This document shows positions 1 through 12,414 of a stretch of 64,000 bases of DNA, one piece after another. Under the pieces are notes generated by a model. The model saw only the letters and a program-made list of their open reading frames with translations, searched no databases and was not told the DNA's origin. Each line of letters begins with the position of its first letter. Position 1 is the first letter of the stretch. Both the position numbers and the translations under genes were made by a program. Where the stretch lies: assembly GCA_051362555.1 (NCBI GenBank), contig CM120646.1, positions 7,192,001-7,256,000 of the forward strand, in the 5' to 3' direction. Source of the DNA: Lingula anatina (lineage: Eukaryota > Animalia > Brachiopoda).

Positions 1-794
1 TTTAATAATTAATACAATATAACAGAGATATATCAAAATAGATTGATTAAAATAACTAGTAAAAGTATGTTTAATGAAAGGTGTAGCAGGGAAAGCTAGC
101 AATGTTTCATCATATGAATGTAGTGAAACCTGTCCATTTCCCCAAGATGTAAGTGGGCATTTTGATAACAAAAATGTTTTAACCAAGTGGAAAACTATTG
201 AACTCAGGGTTTTCTTTCACATATTGTACAGGGACAAAAAATAGGATTAAAAACGCCTTTTTAGTGCATGGATTGCTTCTTTTTTAACTTATCTGAGAAC
301 AATTGCTATGGGTAAAGCATAAAATGGCAGGTAAATGGCCTTAATCAATATCGAAAAAAAGAATCATATTCACCGTCCACTTTCGAACCCCGGGCGTCAG
401 CCATCTTGACACAGTTTGAAATAACGCGGCTTCTCGACTCAGATACGAGATGTAAACAATGCAGACAGCATGTCGTTTCGAAGGTGAGCGTGGACGTGAA
501 GGAGAAGAGGAATTGCTCACCGAATCTTTGCAGGTAAGCGAGTTATATTTACCAAAAGTACTTTAAAATGGGAAGATGGCAGTGGAAATCAAAATGTCTG
601 GCAGAGGAAGTTAAAAAGCGTAGATAACTGCTAATAATGTAACGTTTCCTCGGGTAACGCACTCGCAGCCAAATCACTCGCACTGGGTACGTACTACTAG
701 TTATATGAAGCGAGATAGTGCACTTTACCCCTGAGGTGTATAGTTCTGTAAAGCAGGAGGAATACCCTTTTCTGCTCAATGTGGTCATCTACCA

Positions 795-1729
795 CACGCT
801 CGGCTGTCACCTTGATTGGATAGTAAACGATTGTCGTAAAATCGCTAAATGATATTAAAACCGGGTGCATAAACTTGAAAACCACCTACAACAACCTTGG
901 ACTACCACATTAATCCAATACAATGCAAAAATAAACTATAACAAGTGGTTAAAGCCTTCAAACCGAATGTCGTAAAGTCCCCATATACCTCCATAGAGAC
1001 AATAAAATAGAAGAAGCTTCTGAAACAAACCTGATCCAGTTCCAACAGAATAATCGAAATAAAATACTGCCGGGCATCGGAGCGGCCTAAAACTTGGCAC
1101 GCTTACCGCTAATACTGCAGGCTACATCATCCCGTCGCTCGTTTGTAAATTCCGTGCATGGCATACGCACAATCAAACCGTAAAAAACAAATTCTCGGGG
1201 TGTCGTTGGCCAGGTCCACTCTAACCTACCATTACGAAAAAGAAGCCATGCCATTGGACAATGCGACCTCTGCGGTTACGTCATTTCCTGAATTGGATTG
1301 TTGAGTGGACCTAGCCAACGACACCCCGAGAATTTGTTTTTTACGGTTTGATTGTGCGTATGCCATGCAAGGAATTTACAAACGAGCGACGGGATGATGT
1401 AGCCTGCAGTATTAGCGGTAAGCGTGCCAAGTTTTAGGCCGCTCCGATGCCCGGCAGTATTTTATTTCGATTATTCTGTTGGAACTGGATCAGGTTTGTT
1501 TCAGAAGCTTCTTCTATTTTATTGTCTCTATGGAGGTATATGGGGACTTTACGACATTCGGTTTGAAGGCTTTAACCACTTGTTATAGTTTATTTTTGCA
1601 TTGTATTGGATTAATGTGGTAGTCCAAGGTTGTTGTAGGTGGTTTTCAAGTTTATGCACCCGGTTTTAATATCATTTAGCGATTTTACGACAATCGTTTA
1701 CTATCCAATCAAGGTGACAGCCGAGCGTG
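795..1729. mobile_element. Non-autonomous foldback DNA transposon (935 bp), 427-bp TIRs, 8-bp TSD
   Basis: Arms 795-1221 and 1303-1729 are near-perfect reverse complements (two mismatches seen) around an 81-bp spacer. Termini are CACGCTCGG...CCGAGCGTG. ATCTACCA flanks both sides (787-794, 1730-1737). Confidence 0.95.
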
Positions 1730-2278
1730 ATCTACCAGTACTTACAGACTAACCTCACACCATATTCTCGCAGGGGAATCCCATGAGATATACAATGTAA
1801 CTCGAGTACTAGTGGGGTTAGAGGGTGTTCTTTGTACGGCACGTAACTACGTTAGCTTATTTGTAAATTTAATAATATTGTCAATGAATATGATTATAAG
1901 GAATGATTTTTTAGCCTTTCAGAGGAGGAATTGGGTGATACACCCCTTCAAGCACGAGTGAAGAGATCAGGTATGTTAATAATTTTAGCAGTATAACATG
2001 GGCGGATCCAGGATTATTTGAAAGGGGGGGGGGGAGCCGACCCCCCCTAGTTGGCGTGGGGTCCTGGGCCTGCTTAAAACTTTGGTATTTTAGAGGGTGA
2101 ACAGTGCCATTTGGAACGGTTTAGCACTTTACTGTAGTAAATTAGCTTGTCAAAATTCTAATTCCAAGTGGGGAATATTAGTGTGATTTTTTTACATCAG
2201 TTCTTTGAAACCATGTGTGATTATGTTATTTCTTCTTGTGGCCTTTATGATTTAATGCAGCTGCAGATATTTAAATTT

Positions 2279-2322
<44 letters not shown>

Positions 2323-2472
2323 CATAATCAGACTTGCTTCTTTATAATAAGCTGGTTATCATGTAGTGATCATGCCCTCTAATTTGTTGATTTTTGTTAA
2401 AGAATAGTGCTGTTATGATAATATCAATACATTTTTTTCTTTATACCCATTTTATGTAATTTTACTATTACA

Positions 2473-2640
2473 GTGCCTCAAGTTATGTCTGGAAAACTCA
2501 TACCAGGAAGCACTCCAATCTTACAATACTGCATCACTTCAATGTCGGTGTGACAAGTTGTGTAAAAGACTGCTACAAAAAATTTGCAGCGATGACCACA
2601 TGATCCACCACCTTTTACCAAAACCGAGTGAACAGTTTTA
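2473..2640 (+). mobile_element. LINE (CR1/L2-like) RT C-terminal fragment
   Basis: Translates to SYQEALQSYNTASLQCRCDKLCKRLLQKICSDDHMIHHLLPKP, resembling the post-RT tail of CR1/L2-clade ORF2. Confidence 0.55.
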
Positions 2641-3799
2641 TATTATAATGCCCATGTACATGTATTTAAAGTGACAAGACTGAGATCAGCGAGAGCCTCA
2701 AGGCCTTTATTTTCTGTGCATTGTCAACTCTTCAATAATTTTATAATTTTGTCAAATACATCCAAAGATTCAATTCTAATGCAATACTTGAAAACTTTTT
2801 TAGAATATATTTTAATGTCGAACATGTTTTTCTAAGAACTAGCCCTTTAGTAAATTAACATGTACTATCCAACTGTTATTATTAATTAACATATTGTTAT
2901 GTACAAAGCATAAGCTGCAGTATCAATGAAGCATTAACTGGGTAGAGATTATGAATGAAATAAAAGTTTAAATATTGAAACATCTTTTATTTATATTTAG
3001 CAAAAATACAAGAATAAACAAAGTTTGCTACATAAGTTTGGAATTTGGCCAAATCATCTTTATTATTACCTGTCACATGTAATGAATAAGACATACACAG
3101 ATTCTGTAAGCTAGAATGCATAATTATTTTCATACTCATTAATGCCATCTTCATAAATAAGCCTTCTATTCAAGCATTCACAAACTTTCACATTGTGCAG
3201 TACACATTATAGTATGATAACATTTTTGAGAGAGACTTATTAATAGCCAGGCTATCATGTTAAGAGTCTGATGTACATGCAGACCCATGAGGATTGCAGA
3301 TCAACAAATTATCCCCCTCTCTGTCAGTGTATTGACTCATGTGAGCTTTCTCCATGCAAAGGGATGTGTCATAAGAAAGGACCAACCCAACTTACACAAA
3401 CATAAATTGTTTCATAAGTAAGATATTCACACATACTTTACCAAGATGTGCAGGGAATAAATAGAAAGGTATAAATATTTCTTTAAAAAATACAGGCATA
3501 GCTTCCCTGCATGAATTCTAAATAATGGCTGAGTGGAGAATTGAATACAGGCACAAGTGTTCACTCAAACCATTTTTGTAGGTCTTAAAAGAAATGACAT
3601 GCAGTCATTTGCCAAATACAGAATTTTATGCTGTAACAAAGTCACAAAACTGCAACTGGTGATCTTACAAAATCTAACAACACACTGGTTTAAAATCAAG
3701 TTGAAATCACAATATGCCACCAGTACCATATTTCATAATACATTTGATGTCATTTAGATTTAAGAAGTAAATGCTGGACCAAAATGGTTTATTCTCAAT

Positions 3800-5965
3800 A
3801 TCAGGCATATGACTTAGGTTTGGGAGGAAAGACCACCTTGATTTCCAATCTGTCTGCATTATAGCATACATGTAAGTGCTAGATGGTTTGAAGTCAGCAG
3901 ATTATGCTTTGTCACATTGGCAAGATGAGTTCACTGAATATATCCTGTAAGTAGCACTCGAAAGTCAGGAAAAGTCTCTCACTATCCAACTCATCCCCGC
4001 TTTGGACCCTCAAGAAAAGTTCATCTTTTTTTGGTGGAGAGCCATGGAGTTCCTCTTCCATGTAAAAAACTCTTCTTCAGGACATCATACTGGCAGTTGC
4101 TCATAACCTTTAGGTCTAAAAAAGCAAATCAAAATAATAATAATAATAATTTATTAAGATTGCAACCCAGTGGGTTGAAGTTGTACATAGTGTTAAGAAA
4201 ATTATAATGAAAATAAAGTGAATATTTGCTTGAATAAAACTGAGTTAAAAGACTGCTAATTGAACTTTAAAATTATTGTACTTAGGATAAAAGACAACAT
4301 AATACTATTGGAAATTTAAAAGTGCATACGGAATAAAAGAGCATCAGAATCTGTCGGTCTTAAATTGTGGCACTTTGTTACTATTGTTTGATCTTAAAAG
4401 ACGATTGGATTGATCAATAAAGATGTGATTCAGTTTGTCAGAGGATTCAGTTATTTTGTAATAGAAAGTTTTGCACAGATCTCTTCGTTTATCTTAAGTA
4501 CACATATGCCAGGTTCAGGGTTTCATCATAGTATAGGTCAGGGAAAATAATCTTCAAAGCACGAGTTTGGTCAGTCTCTTAGAGTTTGCATTGCTCTATA
4601 GTTAGTCCTGGATGCCACACAGGGCAGGCATATTCTAGAATTGAGTGCACAATACTTTGGTAAAGCTTAGCTTGTTTCAGTTGACGGAGGAAATAGAGTC
4701 TTGCATTATGTTTACATTATGTGTCCCCAATTTGGAAAAAAAATTGATAAAAGAGAAATCATGCACCTATATGCCTAATATATGAGGAGTGAATATCAGC
4801 TTATTAAAATTCTGCTTACTCTAAAGACATGTTTTAGTCCCATGTTGGATCATCAGGATCCTTTAATTCCCTCTTCTTCAACATCTTCCTCCTCTTCCAT
4901 CTGCACTTCTTCCAGTTCAGGCATACCATAGGAAAAAGTTACCTTGATACTGCAACCAAAAAAAAAAAAAAAAAAAAAGCAAAAGTACATAAAATAAGAT
5001 AATCAAGTTTGAGAAAAATTATGTAAAAACATAACTGAAATAAGTATAAATGCCATTTTTCTCAATGTGATCACCTTAAATTATCTAGACTGTCATCTTC
5101 AACTGCACTAGTATTAACTACAACTTAATTTTGAAGTTTCTTGATCACTTCATATTGGTTTAATCTCCGAAATACTGGTTGGAAGTTAAAATTGTATGAT
5201 CTAAATTATTACTCTGGACTATTTAATACATTAGAGAGATGTACCAAACATAAACATGCAATATCCCCTTTCTGATTTATTTATTTTTAATGTAAAAAGG
5301 AGACAAATTGTCTTTAAAATATAAAATCAAAATACTACTATTTATTTTCACTTATAGTTGACATGCCATTTAACATTGGGTTAAACTTAGATACAATAAC
5401 AGCTTCTGCACATTCATTTTGGGATTTAGATGCCTAAAGAAATAACATCTTTGTCATATGTCTTAATTACTGTGGTATGCCTAGATGTTAGAGGCACAAG
5501 AAATGTGCCCTCGGTAAGTCAAAAATTCGCCCTGGTCATTGTAATGTATATGTAATGAGACTAGTATCTCCCACCATGTCCGTTTTTATTTAAACTTTCT
5601 TTGCTCTATAAACTAACCCAAACCCTGTCAGAGTCGACATATGAGCAACACTTGCAATTTCTGTCATCGATACCACTCATATTAGTTACAATTTCATGGC
5701 ATATTTTGACAGACGAGCCTGACAATCGTTAAGATATACAACGAACACACGTAAATAAACATAAATTTCCGTGCTTAATAAATATTTTCACTGGTGTCTT
5801 ATCTCAAAGATTATTGTAAATGGTACTCACAAATCCAGTAAATACTTCGCGGCCAGGCCATTCTTCGTATCCATGGCCACCCAAGCAGGTTTTCATCTGC
5901 CTTCTTCCTCGCCGGTGTTTATTGTTTGCCTGTCGTACATTTGCTGATACACTGTTAATACGCAT
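3800..5965 (-). pseudogene. Decayed spliced gene, possibly DNA-transposon (Kolobok-like) derived
   Basis: Exon-like segments ~5965-5831 (GTGAGT donor), 4950-4819 (acidic MPELEEVQMEEEEDVEEE, then frameshifted KDPDDPTW) and 4115-~3800 (DSERLFLTFECYLQDIF). Stops and frameshifts throughout. Family call is motif-level inference. Confidence 0.35.
4140..4735 (-). mobile_element. 5'-truncated LINE (CR1/L2-like) 3' end
   Basis: Minus strand gives ARLYFLRQLKQA..LYQSIVHSILEYACPVWHPGLT..RALKII, typical of the RT thumb region. Ends in AATAAA plus an (ATT)n tail near 4140-4155. Confidence 0.8.
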
Positions 5966-6067
5966 GTTTTTTGTAAAGGCTGTTTCTTTTTGTTATCTGT
6001 CTTCGCTTCTTCGAAGGACTCCCAGCATAACTGAGCCTCCTGTTTCACGTTGTCCTTTCCCGGTGTC

Positions 6068-6165
6068 ACGTGAAGAAACCGTCGTCGTGAAGAAACCGTT
6101 CTGACGGATTATTCACGCGGGGGTAGCAGTCCGTGAATAAACCGTCGTCGTGAATAAACCGTCGT
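6068..6165. repeat. Short tandem repeats of AAACCGTCGTCGTGAA
   Basis: About 4 copies in two pairs within a CpG-rich stretch. Confidence 0.75.
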
Positions 6166-8292
6166 GCCGCGCTGGTCATGCTGCTTACCTGGCCATTGTT
6201 CTCCGGTTTTATTACGCAATTTGGAGGCACTGTACAGTACCGATCCCCACATAAATATATCACACCTTACCTGGTTATTGTTCTCAAGATACACCAATTA
6301 GGCCCTACTACAGCTGTTGTAAGAACCTAGAGGAGATCGTTCAAATTTTGTCCTTTGTATTGTGGGTCAAGTTTATCTGTTAGTGTTAGGTATAATTTTG
6401 TTTAGCTACTATTTATGCATTTTTTTTTTTTACTTTATGTTAATAATATTTTGGTCTGTCTTGCCGAAGTAGTTTATTGCGGTAACCGTAGACAGCAACC
6501 AGATCCTAAAACAATTAAGACGAGAGAACTTTTAACCAACATACCTGGGTAGCCTTGTGAGTACACAGATTGTTCATATTTAAGAAATCCCTTAAAGAAT
6601 TTTCAGTTGACTTCCATGCCAACTTCAGGAATATATTTGAAAAATAGAGATTTAAAGTTAAAAAGTAGGCCCTATTTATTGATACAAACAAAAATCGCAA
6701 TTAAATGTAATTTAATGTTTTTTCCATTCAATTCTAGTGCCAAATTGAGACTTGGATGAATTTTTGAGATCATGTATGGTATATGTCCACCAATATAAAA
6801 CTAGTCATTTCGTGTTACTGGTCATGTGTTTTGTAATCATTGCAATATTAAATGAACTTCGTTGTCTTCATATTTTACATATAAAGAACCAGTATTATCC
6901 TCAGCAAAAAAAAAAAAAATGTATAAAAATCAAACTCAATTTATTGTTATATTTCTCATTGCTTTATCACAACACGAATGATAAATGTTCACATATTTTC
7001 AAAAAAAAAAAAATAATAATAATAATAATAATAACTTCTAAACAGATATCAAAGCAAGGGCAAAGGTCAAACCAAAGATAGACCAAACATCTTTTTGACA
7101 CATATTACAACATGACAAAATGTGGCCAAAATCCGCAAAAACAAAAATTCTTTTCAGCTATCATTCAAATGTTTTCATATTTTTCTTAATTTTGCGCACA
7201 ATTTTGTACAGTTTTAACCTTTTTGAAACAACATGTTAAGGATAAATTTACATTTCAGAAAATGTTTTAGACTTTTGTTCCCAGCAGACGTTGATAAAAC
7301 ATCCTTCAATGTAATTGTAATATTTCTTATTTTTAAATATTTTTTCAAGTTTTAATGGCACTATTTCCATGTACCCTAGGTTCTAGATTTAGGTTTTGCC
7401 AAATCGATCTTGATTTCATATATAGCACACATCAGCGATACACCGTAAAGCTAACACATGAAAAGGTTTAGTAAAAAAAGCTAGCTTTATAGTGTCCTAA
7501 GGGCATTCCTATGTGGTTTTCTAGAAATTTTAAAATGTGTTAATGTTTAAGATTAGCAAAATTAAAAAAGAACACAGTATATGATACAAAATACAAAATG
7601 TTTATTTGGTGATGTGAAAATATAGAACAAATACAACAAGTAATCATCATAATACACACAAACACACACTATAATTTTAAGCTATTTGCTTCTGCCAATC
7701 AATCTGAACAATGAAATAAAATAAATGTGTTAAAGCTTAAATTTATGATATAAAAAAACTGACTTGAAGGTGGACTGTTGGGAATGCATCGACCATCTCA
7801 CTTTGGACGTGTAACACACCTGTGAACATATCTAACATTATATAATGAGCATTCATACGAGTCTTATGACGACTTTATGCAAACGCAGTCACATTCACGA
7901 CACTGACAAAGTTGACTTACAGCACGTACAGTAGCTACATATGTATTTCCAACATTTCCCCATAGAGGAAGTTATATTATTGTCAAACACACACTTTCTC
8001 TCGACAACAATTACTGAACTCTAAACTGAAAGAAGATTGTAGTGTGAAAACATTTATACTACGAGTCTTACTACAACTTCATCACAGAGCAAAACAGTTC
8101 AGTCACGATCACAATCTCAGTAATAAGGGCTGTGTCACACGCTTCCTTTGGTGTTTATATAAAACTTTTCCAACATTCCTCCGTGGAGTTTATTGTAAGA
8201 TTATCAAATACATACTCTCTCATGGCAAAAACCACTGAATTACGAATTGAAAGGTCAATAGTGTCAAAAATACCTACGACGATATCGTCATA

Positions 8293-8460
8293 CCGGAAGT
8301 CCCTTCTTTCAATCTACCCTCAATGCGCATGTGCAGAACGGTTTCGTCACGGCACGGGTCTATCACGCCACACCGGCAGCTTGAACTGGTTTTAACTAGG
8401 TCGCAATACGAGAATCTCGCGAGATCCGGATGTCTAGAGAGCTCAATTATGAAAATGGAG
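8293..8460. promoter_or_regulatory. CpG-rich cluster of housekeeping-promoter motifs
   Basis: CCGGAAGT (ETS, 8293-8300), TGCGCATGTGCA (NRF1-like, 8324-8335), TCTCGCGAGA (8415-8424), AAAATGG (YY1-like core, ~8452). Confidence 0.5.
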
Positions 8461-11210
8461 GTGGTTGTTGGTAAACCTCCGCTTAAGCGGAGGTTTTCTT
8501 TTTATTGTATTTTCCAAAAATGTTACAGAGCGATGGCGAGTGCCGGGAATGATAGATTAAAGGTTGGTAAATCGCGGAAAAGTAGTGTTAACCTCGGGAT
8601 AAATCAGGATAAATCAATTTTGGCGCGAAAATCCTCTTTTGTGTCCTTTTAACCTATGACAGCATGTACAACATGATAAAATAGCTCTTTTAAGACATAC
8701 ATTACATTTTGGGGAAATACAGGATAAGGAATAAAATGGTATCATGCTAATGTAACATTATTTTATAATTTGATATGTTTAAAATATATCAAATACAGTT
8801 GTTCAAACCTACACAAATGATGTTGGTCTTTTCACACTAGTTTTCAGGCAACTTTTTATCAGGTACAGTCACTGTAATAAGATTGATCATACATTTCAGG
8901 TGGGTTTTTCACGTAAACCTTGTGATCTTCATAAATCAAGTAAATTTTAATCAATCAGCTGTGCAAAACTCAGGTAGACAACAAGTTGCATTGACTCTGA
9001 TCAGGCTGATCAAAATCACCTTTAAGAGTGATGAAATCTAGATAATTAAAATGACACACTAACAAATGGCAGCCCACCTTTAATTGAACATTTCTTTAGT
9101 AAATGTTACTAAATCAATCTACATGCCTTTTCTTTTAACGTCCTCAGATGTATTTTTACAAACCACGGGTTATGAAATACAACAATATCTCATTTGCCAC
9201 AAGTGTAGGTATCATAATATGTGCCTTGATCTAAGACATCCCCTATACAAAACACTTGAAAACAGACAGAAAATTTCTAGACATGAAAATCGCAACATCC
9301 AGCCACACAGATTTCTGAATTAAACTTATGACCGTTATTTTCACGTCGGAGGAGAGAATCGATCCTATTAATACCTCTACGCGACCAATAGATTAAACGT
9401 GAATAAAATGAACCGATGTGCAGAGAAATACTGAACCATATGTATCAGTATCACGTCAGTATCGCGTCAGCAGGAGCAAATGCCCGCCACCCCTTTGGTG
9501 ACCACTTTACTTACAAGTTTTTTAAAAGTATCATTAGATGACTGACAACCTCTTAGTATATCATGATGACCCCTTGATGTTATACATGTATATAGGTGAC
9601 TAGTCTGTGACACAGCCACAACATACGGATAATGATCATTAAGTGCAAGTTTTTCTAACCACCAGGCAAATCAGCCAAAAAGCGGCAAGGTGGGGTTCTC
9701 ACAGAATACACTCATTTTGCCCACAGTTAATCACCTTTGTGACCTTAATTTAACTGTAAAATATTAAAGCTTTCCGTTGCGTTATTGTCGAGATACAGCC
9801 ATATTCATATTTCACTGCCTCGCGTGGCTCCCGTCTCACTTTTCAGCTGTGTGAGTGGTGTATTTTTCATCGAAGTTTGCTTCACAAATGTGCATCAAGT
9901 GATCAATACATTACTTCGGTCAATACCACAATTGAAAGATGGATATATAATCTTTATAACGACAGAGATTTATATCATAAATCCGTTGCTATGGTTACAA
10001 ACTACCGAGGTTATTTGAGGTCACTTGATGACTGCCGCAGATACCCACCCTGTCAATAGCCTTATATCTCCACTAGTAGAGCACCTTAGATAATATCACC
10101 GATATTTACTGAATATATGGACAAGGGGCCTACCATAAATTAAAACACTGGCGTGGCCTTTTCCCTACAAATTTTGCAACAGCGACGCAAATTCTTCTAT
10201 TTTCTGGCTACATTATCGTAAAACATTTTTGCTTCCCACAGCTTCGATTTGCATTCAAGAATGTTTAAGTTAATTTCAACGTTACTTAGGGACTAATTAA
10301 CTTAAATAGTCTTCTGTACTTTTTATTTATTGATTCCTGGATATTAAGTATATGCTAAGTTCAAATACGGGGGTAAACATGCATTCGAAACTAAATTCGT
10401 GTAGGCGGCCATGACAGTTTCAAGTAGCAGTGGTGGAAAACGTGCGATGAATGCACTGCAGATTTTCCGAATTTCAAGCAGCAAAGCGCATACTTTGTTG
10501 TTCTGTAGACCGTTACAAAGACAGAAAAGGTTGTGCGATACTCAGGAGATACGACTGAGATGATTGGGGTCACCTCCCGATGCTAAAAGTAACATGCAGA
10601 GTGAGAGGCTGATGAGAGGCAATGTCATCAGATCAGAGGAATGGAGAGTGAGCTCGACTCAGTCGTGTGTCCAGCGCATCGTCACATGCTATGGATACTT
10701 TGGGGAGCTGCAAGAACACGTCAACTACTTCTTCGAACCAATTGCAAGTTATTATTGTAGGACTTTCCTTGCTCGGACCAAGCGGGAGCTTTCATGCACA
10801 GTGTATCCAAATTTTTATGGAGACAAAGCCAAGATATTCAGTTCGTTGGGCCCAGGTAATTAAAAAGTTGACATTCGTCACATCTTTATAATTAATTAAC
10901 ACACCAAATTTTCATACAGACAGAAGGTTGATAATGGTATGATATCTGTGTTGTTTGAATTAAATATGCATAGTAATTAAACAAGTGAAGCTAAGTCATC
11001 ATCTAAATACTGCTATCTCTGACCCTCAGAACCACAGCAAATTTGTTATTACGTAAAGTGAAAAGAGCTTATGTTTGTACTGTACATGTTAGCAGTGTAA
11101 ACTTTTTTTTGTATGAGCAACAAGTTACAGAACCCTCACAACTAAATAATACTGCTTTTATAGATCATTGCAAGTGATTAAAAGGGTAACAATCATATCA
11201 CAATAACATG

Positions 11211-11213
<3 letters not shown>

Positions 11214-11253
<40 letters not shown>
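11214..11253. repeat. (TA)n microsatellite
   Basis: Seen directly. Others: polyT 2280-2320, (TTTA)n/(TTA)n 17435-17515, (GA)n 21373-21416, (TA)n 24029-24073, (GT)n 29143-29165, polyA 49515-49558, (CT)n 56352-56408 and 60058-60112, (CA)n 59009-59043. Confidence 0.95.
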
Positions 11254-11260
<7 letters not shown>

Positions 11261-11814
11261 AAGTTAAGTTGTAGCCTAAAATGGGGTTTCATGGCAAATT
11301 TTGTTGGTTGAAAATTAAAATCATTCAATAGATTAAAGAATAAATTTTTGTTGTTATTTTAGCTAGAAGATGTTAATTTGGAGACTGGTCAGAAAGAGCA
11401 GCCAGGAATCAGATATATATGGCAAAGAAAACAGTGATTAATACAAGCACCCGAAAAAGAAGTTTTGTGAAGAGGATTGACTTACTGGCCAACAAACTAA
11501 AATGTATTTTTGATGTTTATCTACTTTGAACAAGTATTTGTATCTACAGTAGAAGGACACCATGACCTGACAGATAGCTAATGTCAGCCATGATGATCCA
11601 AGCAAGTAGCAAGGAGATCCCCCAAGAGGAAGTAATTTATGGGAGCTTCATAAAATGATGAAAACTGACACTTTTCGATGACCTTTTTTTACAGGAGCTT
11701 CTCAGACATGAATTTTTGCCCCAGAAACGTGGAATTCCGCATTTTTTAATTCAATTCAAGGTGTCCCGGACCTCTGGCCGCTAAGGTGTTGAGTCCCATG
11801 ATAAATGTTCGGAG

Positions 11815-12414
11815 TTTTTTTTTTTTTGAAACCTAGGATCATGGCTGCTTTTTTTCTGTTTCATTTTACTGAAGATATCCGTGAATGCCACCTGAATATC
11901 ATATTTTTATTCCTTGGAGCAAAAGATCAGTTTGACTTATATATTTGAAAGCAGCAATATATGTTCCTGGTCCTGAGTAGTGCAAAATAATCCATGAATT
12001 ACACCATTACATAAGTTCAACTTATTTCTTCATTCTTCTCAGGAAGGGGATTCAGTTGGATAATATAGATTTGCATTACTTTGATGTTTTTGTAGAATGA
12101 AAATGAAGTGTACTTTTTTTTTTTTTTGAAACCTAGGATCATGGCTGCTTTTTTTCTGTTTCATTTTACTGAAGATATCCGTGAATGCCACCTGAATATC
12201 ATATTTTTATTCCTTGGAGCAAAAGATCAGTTTGACTTATATATTTGAAAGCAGCAATATATGTTCCTGGTCCTGAGTAGTGCAAAATAATCCATGAATT
12301 ACACCATTACATAAGTTCAACTTATTTCTTCATTCTTCTCAGGAAGGGGATTCAGTTGGATAATATAGATTTGCATTACTTTGATGTTTTTGTAGAATGA
12401 AAATGAAGTGTACT
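11815..12414. repeat. 300-bp tandem duplication
   Basis: Lines 11821-12120 and 12121-12420 read identical. Each unit starts at a T-run plus GAAAC, which also follows the second copy. Confidence 0.95.

Larger units (their letters stand above)
459..2964 (+). pseudogene. Possible decayed spliced transcript (exon-like segments 459-533, 1923-1970, 2473-~2964)
   Basis: Donors CAG|GTAAG (533) and CAG|GTATG (1970), acceptors TTTCAG (1922) and TTACAG (2472), AATAAA at 2959. No consistent open frame across the segments. Confidence 0.3.
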
